From assembly GCA_964447285.1 (NCBI GenBank), contig CAYURO010000010.1:67729-131728 (forward strand): a stretch of 64,000 nucleotides of DNA, read 5' to 3'. A model generated the notes under the pieces. The model saw only the letters and a list, made by a program, of their open reading frames with translations, was not told the origin of the DNA and made no database searches. The position numbers were made by a program, and so were the translations under genes. The DNA is from an uncultured Enterobacteriaceae bacterium. Lineage in GTDB: Bacteria; Myxococcota_A; UBA9042. Shown in pieces: positions 8,676 through 18,590 of the stretch; the first letter of the stretch is position 1, and each line of letters opens with the position of its first letter.

Positions 8676-11060
8676 TCAGTTCTTCGCTGACCACGTCAGC
8701 GTGTAGCCGCCGCAAACCGACGCGGACGACTTGCGATAGACCTTGGCCCACAGGGTTCCGGACTCGCTGAAGAGCCCGCCGGGCGAGCAGTTGGGGCTCA
8801 CCTTGGCAAACTCGTTCGTGGTGCTCGACAGCGTCGAGCAGCAGCCCCACGACCCACCGGGACCACCGCTGGTCTTGGTACCGTTGGTGCAGGAGACCGT
8901 GCCTTCAGCGACAGAGCCTCCCTCGCAGCGGAAGTACAGGCAGACGTCGTAATCCGACGCCATCGAGGCCAGTTGCACGTTGGGCTTGATGGTGCAGCCC
9001 CAGTCGTCCTTGGCCACGAAGCTGTACCAGTCGACCTCTCCCGATGGGCTGTGCGTCGCCGTCAGGGACATCGCAGGGTCGCAGTCGCTGCGTTCGGCCA
9101 GCGCGGTGGCAGAGCCACTCGAGTCATTCAGCTCGTACTTGTCGGCCGTGGACGTGCCGATGCACTGGCCGTTGCTGCACTTGTCGGCCACGGTGCAGGT
9201 CGAGCTGTCGCTGCACGATCCGCCGTTGTTCGACGGCACCTTGACGCAAGAACCGCCCGAGCACGCCCCAGCGTTGCACTGGTCCCCGGCGCCAGAGCAG
9301 TCCTTCGCGGTGCCCTTGCACACCCCGCCCGCGCACGCGTCGTTCAACGTGCAGGCGTCGCCGTCGCTGCACACGGTTCCCGCCGGCTTGACCTTCTTGG
9401 TGCAGGAACCGAACTCGCACGCACCGATGTTGCACAAGTCGGTGAAGTTGCTGCAGTCCTTCGTCGTGCCGGTACACTGGCCCGCCTGACAGTGGTCGGA
9501 CGACGTGCACGACTCATTGTCGTTGCAAACCGTGGCGTTCGACTTGGGCTTCTGGACGCACACGCCCCCTTCCGCACACACGCCGTCGTTGCAGATGTCG
9601 GCCGCCAAGCTGCAGTCCTTTAGCTGGCCGATGCAGCTTCCGGCCTGACAGGAATCGCTGACGGTGCAGGCATTTCCGTCATCACACGCACCGCCTGCCT
9701 TGGGTTGCGGCACGCACTGGCCGGCTTGGCAGACGCCCGTGTTGCACGAGTCCGTCCACGCGCTGCAGTCCAACAGCTCGCCCTTGCAGGTCCCGCCCGC
9801 GCAGGTGTCGTTGACAGTGCAGGGGTTGCCGTCGTCACACGCGCCGTCCTTGGGCCCCGCGACGCACGCGCCCTCCTCGCACACAGCCAGCTGGCACGCG
9901 CTGCCGAAAGCGGAGCAGTCCTTGGGCGTTCCCGCGCACGCACCGTTCTGGCACGTGTCGTTCTCGGTGCAGGCGTTCTGGTCGTTGCACGCCCCCAGCT
10001 TGGGGACAGGGACGCACTTGCCGGTGGTGATGTCGCAAGCCCCCGTGTTGCAGGCGTCTCCGGTGTCGGCGCACAGCCCCTCGTCCACGCCGTCCTTGCA
10101 GTTGTCGTCCAAACCGTTGCAGACCTCGGCAGTGGGAACGGCGGCAGAGCACACCGGCTGGCCGCCCTTGCATTCCTGAATGGTGCCGGTGCACTTGCCG
10201 AATTCGTTCTCCTGAAAGCACGGCTCGGGGACCTCAATCTCGTCGGTTTGGCCGTCGCAGTCGTCGTCCAGCGTGTTGCAGGTTTCCAGCGCCGGTTCGG
10301 TGGCCGTACACGCCGACAGCTTGCCGCCTGCACAACCGCGCGTGCCCGTGCAGCTGCCGTCGCTGGTCGTGTGGCTGCACCCGGTCTGCAGTTGGCTGGC
10401 GACGGCCGTTGCGCTGCATGGACACTCGCCCGACACGCGAACGCACTGCGCCGCCGACGTTCCAGATCCTCCGGCTGAGGTCTTGCACTCAAAGCCTGTG
10501 GGACAGTGGCCTGTCACCTCCGGGTCGCACGCCACGCCGCAGAAGCTGCCCTGATCGCCACGCGACACGCACAGATTCGGTCCACCTCCCGGGGGGTTAC
10601 AGTCGGTCGAGGTGGCGCACGGGTCGCACAACCGCGCAAAAGACGGCAGGCAGATGTAGGCGGTGTCAGAGCCCGACGCGACCTGGGTGCACAGCCAGCC
10701 CTTCTCGCACTCGCCGGAACACACCTGCGAACACACCTTGCCGCCAGCGTCCTGCACACAGAAGCCACTGTTGCAGTCGTCGTTCGTGGCGCACGGTGCG
10801 CCGTAACTGCCCGGGTCGACGACGATCTCTGTGCCCGCCCCGTCCACGACCTCGTCGCCACCCGTCTCGTCATCCAGCACGACGCTGTCGTCGTCGGACT
10901 CGTCCGGGATCTGCACGTCTGACAAGAAGCTGCCGTCGCTGGGCTTGATGCTGTCGGGCAGCGAGATGCCCCCATCGACCGCCGCTGGTTCACTGCAACC
11001 GAACAGCGCCAGCACGACAACGACGCCGGCCAGTCCCGCACTCTGCCACTTCCGCACCAT
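8676..11060 (-). CDS. Secreted lipoprotein with Myxococcus cysteine-rich repeats (TIGR02232-like) and a C-terminal pre-peptidase (PPC) domain
   Basis: Lipobox LALFGCSEP. Tandem ~45-50-aa Cys-rich units (CNDQNACTENDTCQNGACAG…). The C-terminus carries the PPC-type YELNDSSGSATAL…DWYSF motif. I start it at MVRKWQ (11060), not at the track start 11141. Confidence 0.8.
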   Translation of the reverse strand: MVRKWQSAGLAGVVVVLALFGCSEPAAVDGGISLPDSIKPSDGSFLSDVQIPDESDDDSVVLDDETGGDEVVDGAGTEIVVDPGSYGAPCATNDDCNSGFCVQDAGGKVCSQVCSGECEKGWLCTQVASGSDTAYICLPSFARLCDPCATSTDCNPPGGGPNLCVSRGDQGSFCGVACDPEVTGHCPTGFECKTSAGGSGTSAAQCVRVSGECPCSATAVASQLQTGCSHTTSDGSCTGTRGCAGGKLSACTATEPALETCNTLDDDCDGQTDEIEVPEPCFQENEFGKCTGTIQECKGGQPVCSAAVPTAEVCNGLDDNCKDGVDEGLCADTGDACNTGACDITTGKCVPVPKLGACNDQNACTENDTCQNGACAGTPKDCSAFGSACQLAVCEEGACVAGPKDGACDDGNPCTVNDTCAGGTCKGELLDCSAWTDSCNTGVCQAGQCVPQPKAGGACDDGNACTVSDSCQAGSCIGQLKDCSLAADICNDGVCAEGGVCVQKPKSNATVCNDNESCTSSDHCQAGQCTGTTKDCSNFTDLCNIGACEFGSCTKKVKPAGTVCSDGDACTLNDACAGGVCKGTAKDCSGAGDQCNAGACSGGSCVKVPSNNGGSCSDSSTCTVADKCSNGQCIGTSTADKYELNDSSGSATALAERSDCDPAMSLTATHSPSGEVDWYSFVAKDDWGCTIKPNVQLASMASDYDVCLYFRCEGGSVAEGTVSCTNGTKTSGGPGGSWGCCSTLSSTTNEFAKVSPNCSPGGLFSESGTLWAKVYRKSSASVCGGYTLTWSAKN

Positions 11061-11426
11061 CGTCCCCCCGTCGCACCACCGTTGCTTGACCACGCGTTGT
11101 GGGTGTCGACATACGCAAGGATGCCAGCAAAGCGCGGCCACTTCTACGGCTAAGGCACAAACCTTCCTGCCGAATTGCCGCTAAGGGTTGCCGTTCGACC
11201 CGTGGCGACCTAAGATCGCTCGCCATTCGGTGCCCCCCGTGCCGAATCGGTTGCATCCGCGGCTTTCGCTTGCAGTCGCAGCCGGGCAAACGCAACATTG
11301 CAGAAGCATGGCCGCTCCAAGCCGGGCACATGCCGAACAGAGAGCCCATCCCACGCGCAGGAACACCTTGGTTCCCGGCCCGCTTAGAAGCCGCCCCGAC
11401 CCTCACGCGGCACCGGAGTCAATCTG
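11061..11426. promoter_or_regulatory. Shared 366-bp divergent control region between the two Cys-rich lipoprotein genes
   Basis: The only space available for promoters of both divergent genes. No promoter consensus confidently identified. Confidence 0.4.
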
Positions 11427-14400
11427 ATGAGAACCCCCTACTGTAGTCGCACGCTTGCTGCCCTCACCTTGGTCCTTGCTGCCTACGGCTGCGGCGGTGG
11501 AACCGAAACCACCGACAAGGATACCTCCACGGCGGACACCGCTCTGGATAGCACGGACACTGAGCTTCCCGGCGACACCGTAGCTGAGGTCACGCCCGAC
11601 ACGGTCGACCAGGACTCGATTCTCCCCGACATCGCTCCCACCGACATCGACACCGTCGAGCCCGACATCGCCGACGTCATCGACGTCATCGACGCCACCG
11701 ACGCGGTCGAAGAGATCGACGTGCCCTGCAACGGCAAGGTCGGCTGCCCCTGCCAGGGCGACTCGCAGTGTATGAGCGGCGCCTGCTTGCTGCGGCGCGA
11801 CGGCACCAAGACCTGCGCACTGCCCTGCTCGAACGCTTGCCCCGCGGGCTTCTCTTGCGCGCCCGGCAAGAAGCTGTGCGTCGAGAACGACATCGCCCTA
11901 TGCGACCCGTGCGACAACAACGGCGACTGCGCTGTCGCCAACCTCGCCAGCGCCTGCATCGAGGGCGGCGCCAACGGCTCGTTCTGCGGCATCATCTGCA
12001 ACGCGGACACCGACTGCCCCGACGGCTACGCCTGCGCGACTGGCAAGGATGTCGTCGGCCAGCTGGTCAAGCAGTGCCAGCCGAAGGAAGGCGCGACCTG
12101 TGCCTGCTCGCCCCGCGCGATCCAGCTTGGATTCCAGACGAATTGCTCCGTTGAGCCGAACCCCTGCACCGGCACCCGCACCTGCCTCGTCAAGGGCGAG
12201 CCCGGCGCACCCGAAGAGGGCGGCCTCAGTGCCTGCGATGCCCCCGAAGCGATCACCGAGACCTGCGACAGCGTGGACAACGACTGCGACGGCAAGACCG
12301 ATGGCGCTGGCCTGTGCGACGACGGCAACCCCTGCACCTCGGACGTCTGCGGCGCCAAGGGCTGCGAGCACAAGACCTCTCCCGACGGTGTGGACTGCGA
12401 CGACGGCGACGCCTGCACCCTCGCGGGCACATGCCAGACCGGCGCGTGCGCCTCGGCAAACCAGAAGGACTGCGACGACAAGAACGGCTGCACCACCGAT
12501 TCATGCGACCCCGCCAAGGGCTGCGTGAACTTGGCCAATGACGCGACCTGCACCGACAACGACGCCTGCACCAGCGACGAGAAGTGCGCCGAAGGCAAGT
12601 GCGCGGGTGCCGTCCCGGTCGTGTGTGACGATGCCAACATCTGCACGATCGACTCGTGTGACCCCGCCGCAGGCTGCAAGACCGAGCCCGCGTTGGGCGA
12701 TTGCAGCGACAACGATGCCTGCACCCTGCTCGACACCTGCAAGGATGGCGTCTGCGTCACGGGCGGCGCGCTCGCGTGCGGCGACGACAGCCTCTGCACC
12801 GACGACTCGTGCGACGCCGCCAAGGGCTGCGTGAATTTGGCGAACGCGGCGACCTGCAGCGACGATGACGCGTGCACGGTAGACGACGCCTGCAAGGCGG
12901 GCGAGTGTGCTCCCGGAGCGGCCTCGAACTGCGACGACAGCAACGCCTGCACCGAGGACTCGTGCGACAAGGTCAAGGGCTGCGTGAACGCCGCACAATC
13001 GGGCGAGTGCACTGACGGCGACGCCTGCACCAAGAACGACCTCTGTGTTGCTGGCAAGTGCGCTCCCGGAGCGGCCATCCAGTGCGACGATGCCAATGTC
13101 TGCACCGACGATTCCTGCGACAAGGTCAAGGGTTGCGTGAACACGGCGAACATCGCGTCGTGCACCGACGGTGACGCATGCACGGATGGCGACGCCTGCA
13201 AGGACGGCAAGTGCGCGGCTGGCGCGGCCGTGAAGTGCGACGACGAAAACGTCTGCACCGACGACTCTTGCGACAAGGACAAGGGCTGCGTGACGGTGGC
13301 GAACGACGCGAAGTGCACCGACAACGACAAGTGCACGGCCGACGACACCTGCGCCAGCAACGCGTGCGTCTCTGGCGACGCCGTGGTGTGTGACGACGAG
13401 AACCCTTGCACGACCGACAGTTGCGATCCGGCCAAGGGTTGCGTTTTCGACAACAACACCGAGGCTTGCGACGACGGCGACGCCTGCACCGAGAACGACG
13501 CGTGCAAGGATGCCAAGTGCGTCGCGGGTTCGACCAAGGCGTGCGACGACGACAACCTCTGCACAGACGACTCGTGCGCCGAGGGCGCCTGCGTCAACGC
13601 GGCGAACACCGCAGAGTGCGACGATGGCACCCCCTGCACCAAGGGCGACGCCTGCGCCGACGGTTCGTGCGTGCCGGGCCAGGGACCGGACTGCAACGAC
13701 GACAACACCTGCACCACCGACGGTTGCGACGAGAACGGCGACTGCACCAACGTCATCACGGCCGGCAACGTCTGCGATGACAGCGACGCCTGCACCGCTG
13801 ACGATGCGTGCAATGACGCCGGTGAGTGCGTCGCGGGCGCCCCCAAGGTCTGCGATGACGGCAGCGTCTGCACCGACGACGCCTGCGACCCGTCCAGTGG
13901 CTGCACGACGACTCCCGTCGACGGCACCTGCGATGACGGCAACAGCTGCACCCTCGACGACACCTGCATCGACGGAACGTGCAGCCCCGGCGCCTCTGAC
14001 CCGTGCGACGACAGCAACGGTTGCACCAACGACAGCTGCGACCCGTCCTTGGGCTGCGTGAACGAGAACAACACCGAGCCCTGCGACGACGGCGACGCCT
14101 GCACCGAGAACGATACGTGCGCCGACGGCAGCTGCTCCAACGTGTCGACCGTCCCCTGCGACGACGGCAGCGTCTGCACCGATGACGCTTGCGACCCGTC
14201 CACCGGCTGCACGACGACTCCCATCGACGGCTCCTGCGACGACGGCAACAGCTGCACGCTCGACGACACCTGCGCCGACGGATCGTGCCAGCCGGGCAGC
14301 GAGATCTCGTGCGACGACAACGATGTCTGCACCGACGACGCCTGCGACACGAACAGCGGCTGCACCAACACCGCCAACACCGGCAACCAGTGCGACGACG

Positions 14401-15158
14401 GCACCGTCTGCACGGAGAACGACAGCTGCACCGATGGCACCTGCGGCGGCGCCGCCGTCAGCTGCGACGACAGCAACCCCTGCACCGTCGATACCTGCGA
14501 CGCGACCAACGGTTGCGCCAACACCGCCAAGACCTGCGACCCGGGCTACTCCTGCGCGCCGGTGACCGGTGCGTGCACCGTGAAGGTCGTGATCTCGGAG
14601 GTTGCGGCGTTCTACACCACCAACGCAAATGACGAGTTCATCGAGCTCTACAACCCCGGCGAGACCCCTGCCAGCTTGAAGGGCCTCAAGGTCGAATACG
14701 GCGCAGCGACCGGCACCACCTGGGCGAGCAAGACCGGCGCGACCGGTCTGGCGGACGGCGTCACCATCCCCGCCCACGGCTACTTCCTCATCACCGGCAC
14801 CAACACCTGGACCGGCGGCGTGACGGCGGACTTCAAGGCGGCCGGTGACTTGGCGATGTCCGGCACGGCTGGCGCGCTGCAGTTGAACATCGGCGGCAAC
14901 GTCTTCGACCTGTTCGGGTTCGGCACGACCAACCTCACGCGGTTTGAAGGCACCGGGGCCGCGACGGTGCACACCGCCGCGGGAGGCGGCAGCATGGAGC
15001 GCAAGGCCCTCACCACCAGCACGGCGGCCACGATGAGCACGGGCGGTGTGGACGTCAGCAAGGGCAACGGCTGGGACGCGAACGACAACAAGACGGACTT
15101 CATCGTTCGCACGGCGCGCAATCCGCAGAACTCTGCCAGCCCGATCGAGAAGCCGTGA
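11427..15158 (+). CDS. Giant secreted lipoprotein: ~18 Myxococcus cysteine-rich repeats plus a C-terminal lamin-tail domain (LTD)
   Basis: GGAG Shine-Dalgarno and lipobox LAAYGCGGG. An acidic Asp/Thr linker, then repeats CDDxNxCTxDSCDPxKGCVNxAN (about 38 aa each). The C-terminus has VVISEVAAFYTTNANDEFIELYNPG…, a lamin-tail-domain signature. Confidence 0.85.
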   Translation: MRTPYCSRTLAALTLVLAAYGCGGGTETTDKDTSTADTALDSTDTELPGDTVAEVTPDTVDQDSILPDIAPTDIDTVEPDIADVIDVIDATDAVEEIDVPCNGKVGCPCQGDSQCMSGACLLRRDGTKTCALPCSNACPAGFSCAPGKKLCVENDIALCDPCDNNGDCAVANLASACIEGGANGSFCGIICNADTDCPDGYACATGKDVVGQLVKQCQPKEGATCACSPRAIQLGFQTNCSVEPNPCTGTRTCLVKGEPGAPEEGGLSACDAPEAITETCDSVDNDCDGKTDGAGLCDDGNPCTSDVCGAKGCEHKTSPDGVDCDDGDACTLAGTCQTGACASANQKDCDDKNGCTTDSCDPAKGCVNLANDATCTDNDACTSDEKCAEGKCAGAVPVVCDDANICTIDSCDPAAGCKTEPALGDCSDNDACTLLDTCKDGVCVTGGALACGDDSLCTDDSCDAAKGCVNLANAATCSDDDACTVDDACKAGECAPGAASNCDDSNACTEDSCDKVKGCVNAAQSGECTDGDACTKNDLCVAGKCAPGAAIQCDDANVCTDDSCDKVKGCVNTANIASCTDGDACTDGDACKDGKCAAGAAVKCDDENVCTDDSCDKDKGCVTVANDAKCTDNDKCTADDTCASNACVSGDAVVCDDENPCTTDSCDPAKGCVFDNNTEACDDGDACTENDACKDAKCVAGSTKACDDDNLCTDDSCAEGACVNAANTAECDDGTPCTKGDACADGSCVPGQGPDCNDDNTCTTDGCDENGDCTNVITAGNVCDDSDACTADDACNDAGECVAGAPKVCDDGSVCTDDACDPSSGCTTTPVDGTCDDGNSCTLDDTCIDGTCSPGASDPCDDSNGCTNDSCDPSLGCVNENNTEPCDDGDACTENDTCADGSCSNVSTVPCDDGSVCTDDACDPSTGCTTTPIDGSCDDGNSCTLDDTCADGSCQPGSEISCDDNDVCTDDACDTNSGCTNTANTGNQCDDGTVCTENDSCTDGTCGGAAVSCDDSNPCTVDTCDATNGCANTAKTCDPGYSCAPVTGACTVKVVISEVAAFYTTNANDEFIELYNPGETPASLKGLKVEYGAATGTTWASKTGATGLADGVTIPAHGYFLITGTNTWTGGVTADFKAAGDLAMSGTAGALQLNIGGNVFDLFGFGTTNLTRFEGTGAATVHTAAGGGSMERKALTTSTAATMSTGGVDVSKGNGWDANDNKTDFIVRTARNPQNSASPIEKP
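12314..14540 (+). repeat. In-frame tandem array of ~114-bp (38-aa) Cys-rich repeat units inside CDS 11427..15158
   Basis: Recurrent tgcga(c/t)gac…tgcac…gac…tgcgac codon pattern. It includes a near-identical 306-bp duplication (13851..14156 vs 14157..14462). Confidence 0.75.
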
Positions 15159-15242
15159 ATTTGACGACCTGAGCGGGCGTTGGCACGGTGCGGCCCTTCC
15201 CCTTCCGGGCCCCGTGCCTCGCCCCCACTCAGGAGTCTTGCC

Positions 15243-15764
15243 GTGAACCTCTCCATCCTCTCGTCCCGCCTCGCCTTTGCCGCCATCGGTGCGCTCTCCG
15301 TGCTCGCGTTCGGGTGCGGCGGCGCCCAGACCAAAGCCGATCACAAGCCCTGCTGCAAGGGTGATGCTGCGTCCGACAAGCCCTGCTGCAAGGGCAAGGT
15401 CGAGGCAGCAGCCCCCGAAGCTGCCCCTCCCGTCGCCGATGAGCCGTTCAAGCGCGTCGACGCGGCGAGCCTTGAGGTCAAGCTCAAGGGAGCCGCGCAA
15501 GTCCATGTGTTTGATGCGAACTCCGACGAGCGCTTTGCCCAGGGTCACATCCCCGGCGCCAGGCACCTGCGGGCGGACGCGGTCAAGGCTGAGGTGCTGC
15601 CGCCCAATCGCGACGCGATGGTCGTCTTCTACTGCGGCGGCCCCAAGTGCATGGCCGCGCCGGAAGCTGCCAAAGCCACGATCGCACTTGGGTACACCAA
15701 TGTGTTCGTGATGACCGACGGGATCAAGGGTTGGGAAGCCTTGGGCTACCCCGTCGAGAAGTGA
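15243..15764 (+). CDS. Rhodanese-like domain lipoprotein with tandem KPCCKG motifs
   Basis: Probable GTG start and lipobox LAFGCGG. Two KPCCKG motifs followed by a rhodanese fold with the active-site loop YCGGPKC. Confidence 0.65.
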   Translation: MNLSILSSRLAFAAIGALSVLAFGCGGAQTKADHKPCCKGDAASDKPCCKGKVEAAAPEAAPPVADEPFKRVDAASLEVKLKGAAQVHVFDANSDERFAQGHIPGARHLRADAVKAEVLPPNRDAMVVFYCGGPKCMAAPEAAKATIALGYTNVFVMTDGIKGWEALGYPVEK

Positions 15765-16019
15765 CCTGCCCGGCGCTGTGCCACCGGGGCCTCGCGTTCC
15801 CTCTCCCGCAACGCCGCGTCCCGCCGTGTAGTCTGCCGCCCTTCCTGGTGCTATAAGGCCGCGTGTCCCGGCGCACCGTGGGCCGGGCCACCCGGGCGCT
15901 TCGTCCGGGGCCTCGTGCGCTGTCTGCCCGGCTGTAGACCGTGGCAGTACGCCCCCCGCGCCCCCGGCCGTCGTGTCCCCGCATCGCTCCACCCGGAGCG
16001 CGAGCATAGGCGGGCGGCC

Positions 16020-17255
<1,236 letters not shown>

Positions 17256-17284
17256 ACGGCCTTTGTGCCGTCCGGAGTGCCGCC

Positions 17285-18580
17285 ATGTCCTTTCGCCGCT
17301 TTGCCCTGCCCGCCCTGCTAGCGCTTGCCCTTGTGCTTGTGACCGGCTGCGGCAAGTCCACGCCCTCGCCCGCCAAGTCCGACAAGGCGACCGCTGCCGC
17401 ACCTGCCGCGCCCGCACCCGCTGCCCTGCCGCCTGCCGGTCCGCCCAAGACGGTGACCCTGTGGCACAGCTATCGCGACGACGAGCGCAAGTCTTTGGAT
17501 CAACTGATCGAACACTGGAACAAGAACCACCCGGAGATCCAGATCACCGCGCTGGCCGTTCCTTTCGACGCGATCATCGACAAATTCCAGGTCGCCGTGC
17601 CGCGTGGCAACGGTCCGGACCTCGTGATCATGGCGCACGACAAGATCGGCACTTGGGCGCGCGACGGCCTGTTGCAACCGCTGGGCGACTTTGGCACGCC
17701 CGAGCGGCTGGGCCGCTTTCTGCCGCAGACGGTCAAGCCGCTGGTGTTCGAAAAGGCGATCTACGGCCTGCCGCTGGCGTTCAAGTCTTTGGTTCTGTTC
17801 TACAATACCGCACTGGTGCAGCAGCCACCCAAGACGATGGCAGAGCTGATCCAAGTCGCCAAGGGCTTCACCAACGAGGCCGACGGCAAGTTCGGCTTCA
17901 CGTACGACGCCGCCGGCCTGTACTACCACGCGGCCTTCCTGCACGCAGAGGGCGGCCAGGTCTTCGACGAGACCACCCGCAAGCTGACCATCGACACCCC
18001 CGAAGCGCAGAAGGCCATTCAGGTCGTCAAGGACCTGCATCTGGTCCACAAGATTCTGCCCAAGGGGATGACCGGATTCGTGATCACCGCGATGTTCAAC
18101 GACGGCAAGACACCGTTCGTGTTCAACGGCCCCTGGTTCATCAGCGAGATTGACCCGGCGGTGAAGTGGGCCGTCGCGGTGCTGCCAGAGCTGGAGCCCG
18201 GCAAGCCGCTGAAGCCGTTCCTGGGTTCTGAGGCCGTGTTGCTGTCCAAGCAGAGCAAGGAGCGCGACGCCGCCCTGAAGATCCTCGACTACCTGACCAG
18301 CGACGAGGCCGCCCTGACCCGTCTGAAGGTCGGCCGTCAGATGGTTGCCAATGTCAAGGTGTACGAGAACCCGGAGTGGGCCAACGACCCGGTCGTCAAG
18401 GTGTTTCGCGCCCAGGCCGAGCAGTCGGTGCCGATGTCGAACGCTGTGGAAGCCGGGGTCGCGTGGTCGCCGTATGACGCCGCCCTGCGCAAGTCCGTGT
18501 TCGGCGACAGCACCCCGGCAGACGCGCTGGCCGAAGCCGCCAAGAAGATCGACGAAGCCCTGGCCCGCCTGAGCAAGTGA
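17285..18580 (+). CDS. ABC transporter substrate-binding lipoprotein (MalE/maltodextrin-binding family)
   Basis: Lipobox LVTGCGK and a family-1 solute-binding fold (…KTVTLWHSYRDDE…GPDLVIMAHDKIG…). The ATG is in frame with track ORF 16661..18580; the upstream extension is rejected. Confidence 0.85.
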   Translation: MSFRRFALPALLALALVLVTGCGKSTPSPAKSDKATAAAPAAPAPAALPPAGPPKTVTLWHSYRDDERKSLDQLIEHWNKNHPEIQITALAVPFDAIIDKFQVAVPRGNGPDLVIMAHDKIGTWARDGLLQPLGDFGTPERLGRFLPQTVKPLVFEKAIYGLPLAFKSLVLFYNTALVQQPPKTMAELIQVAKGFTNEADGKFGFTYDAAGLYYHAAFLHAEGGQVFDETTRKLTIDTPEAQKAIQVVKDLHLVHKILPKGMTGFVITAMFNDGKTPFVFNGPWFISEIDPAVKWAVAVLPELEPGKPLKPFLGSEAVLLSKQSKERDAALKILDYLTSDEAALTRLKVGRQMVANVKVYENPEWANDPVVKVFRAQAEQSVPMSNAVEAGVAWSPYDAALRKSVFGDSTPADALAEAAKKIDEALARLSK

Positions 18581-18590
18581 GGTCCTTCCC

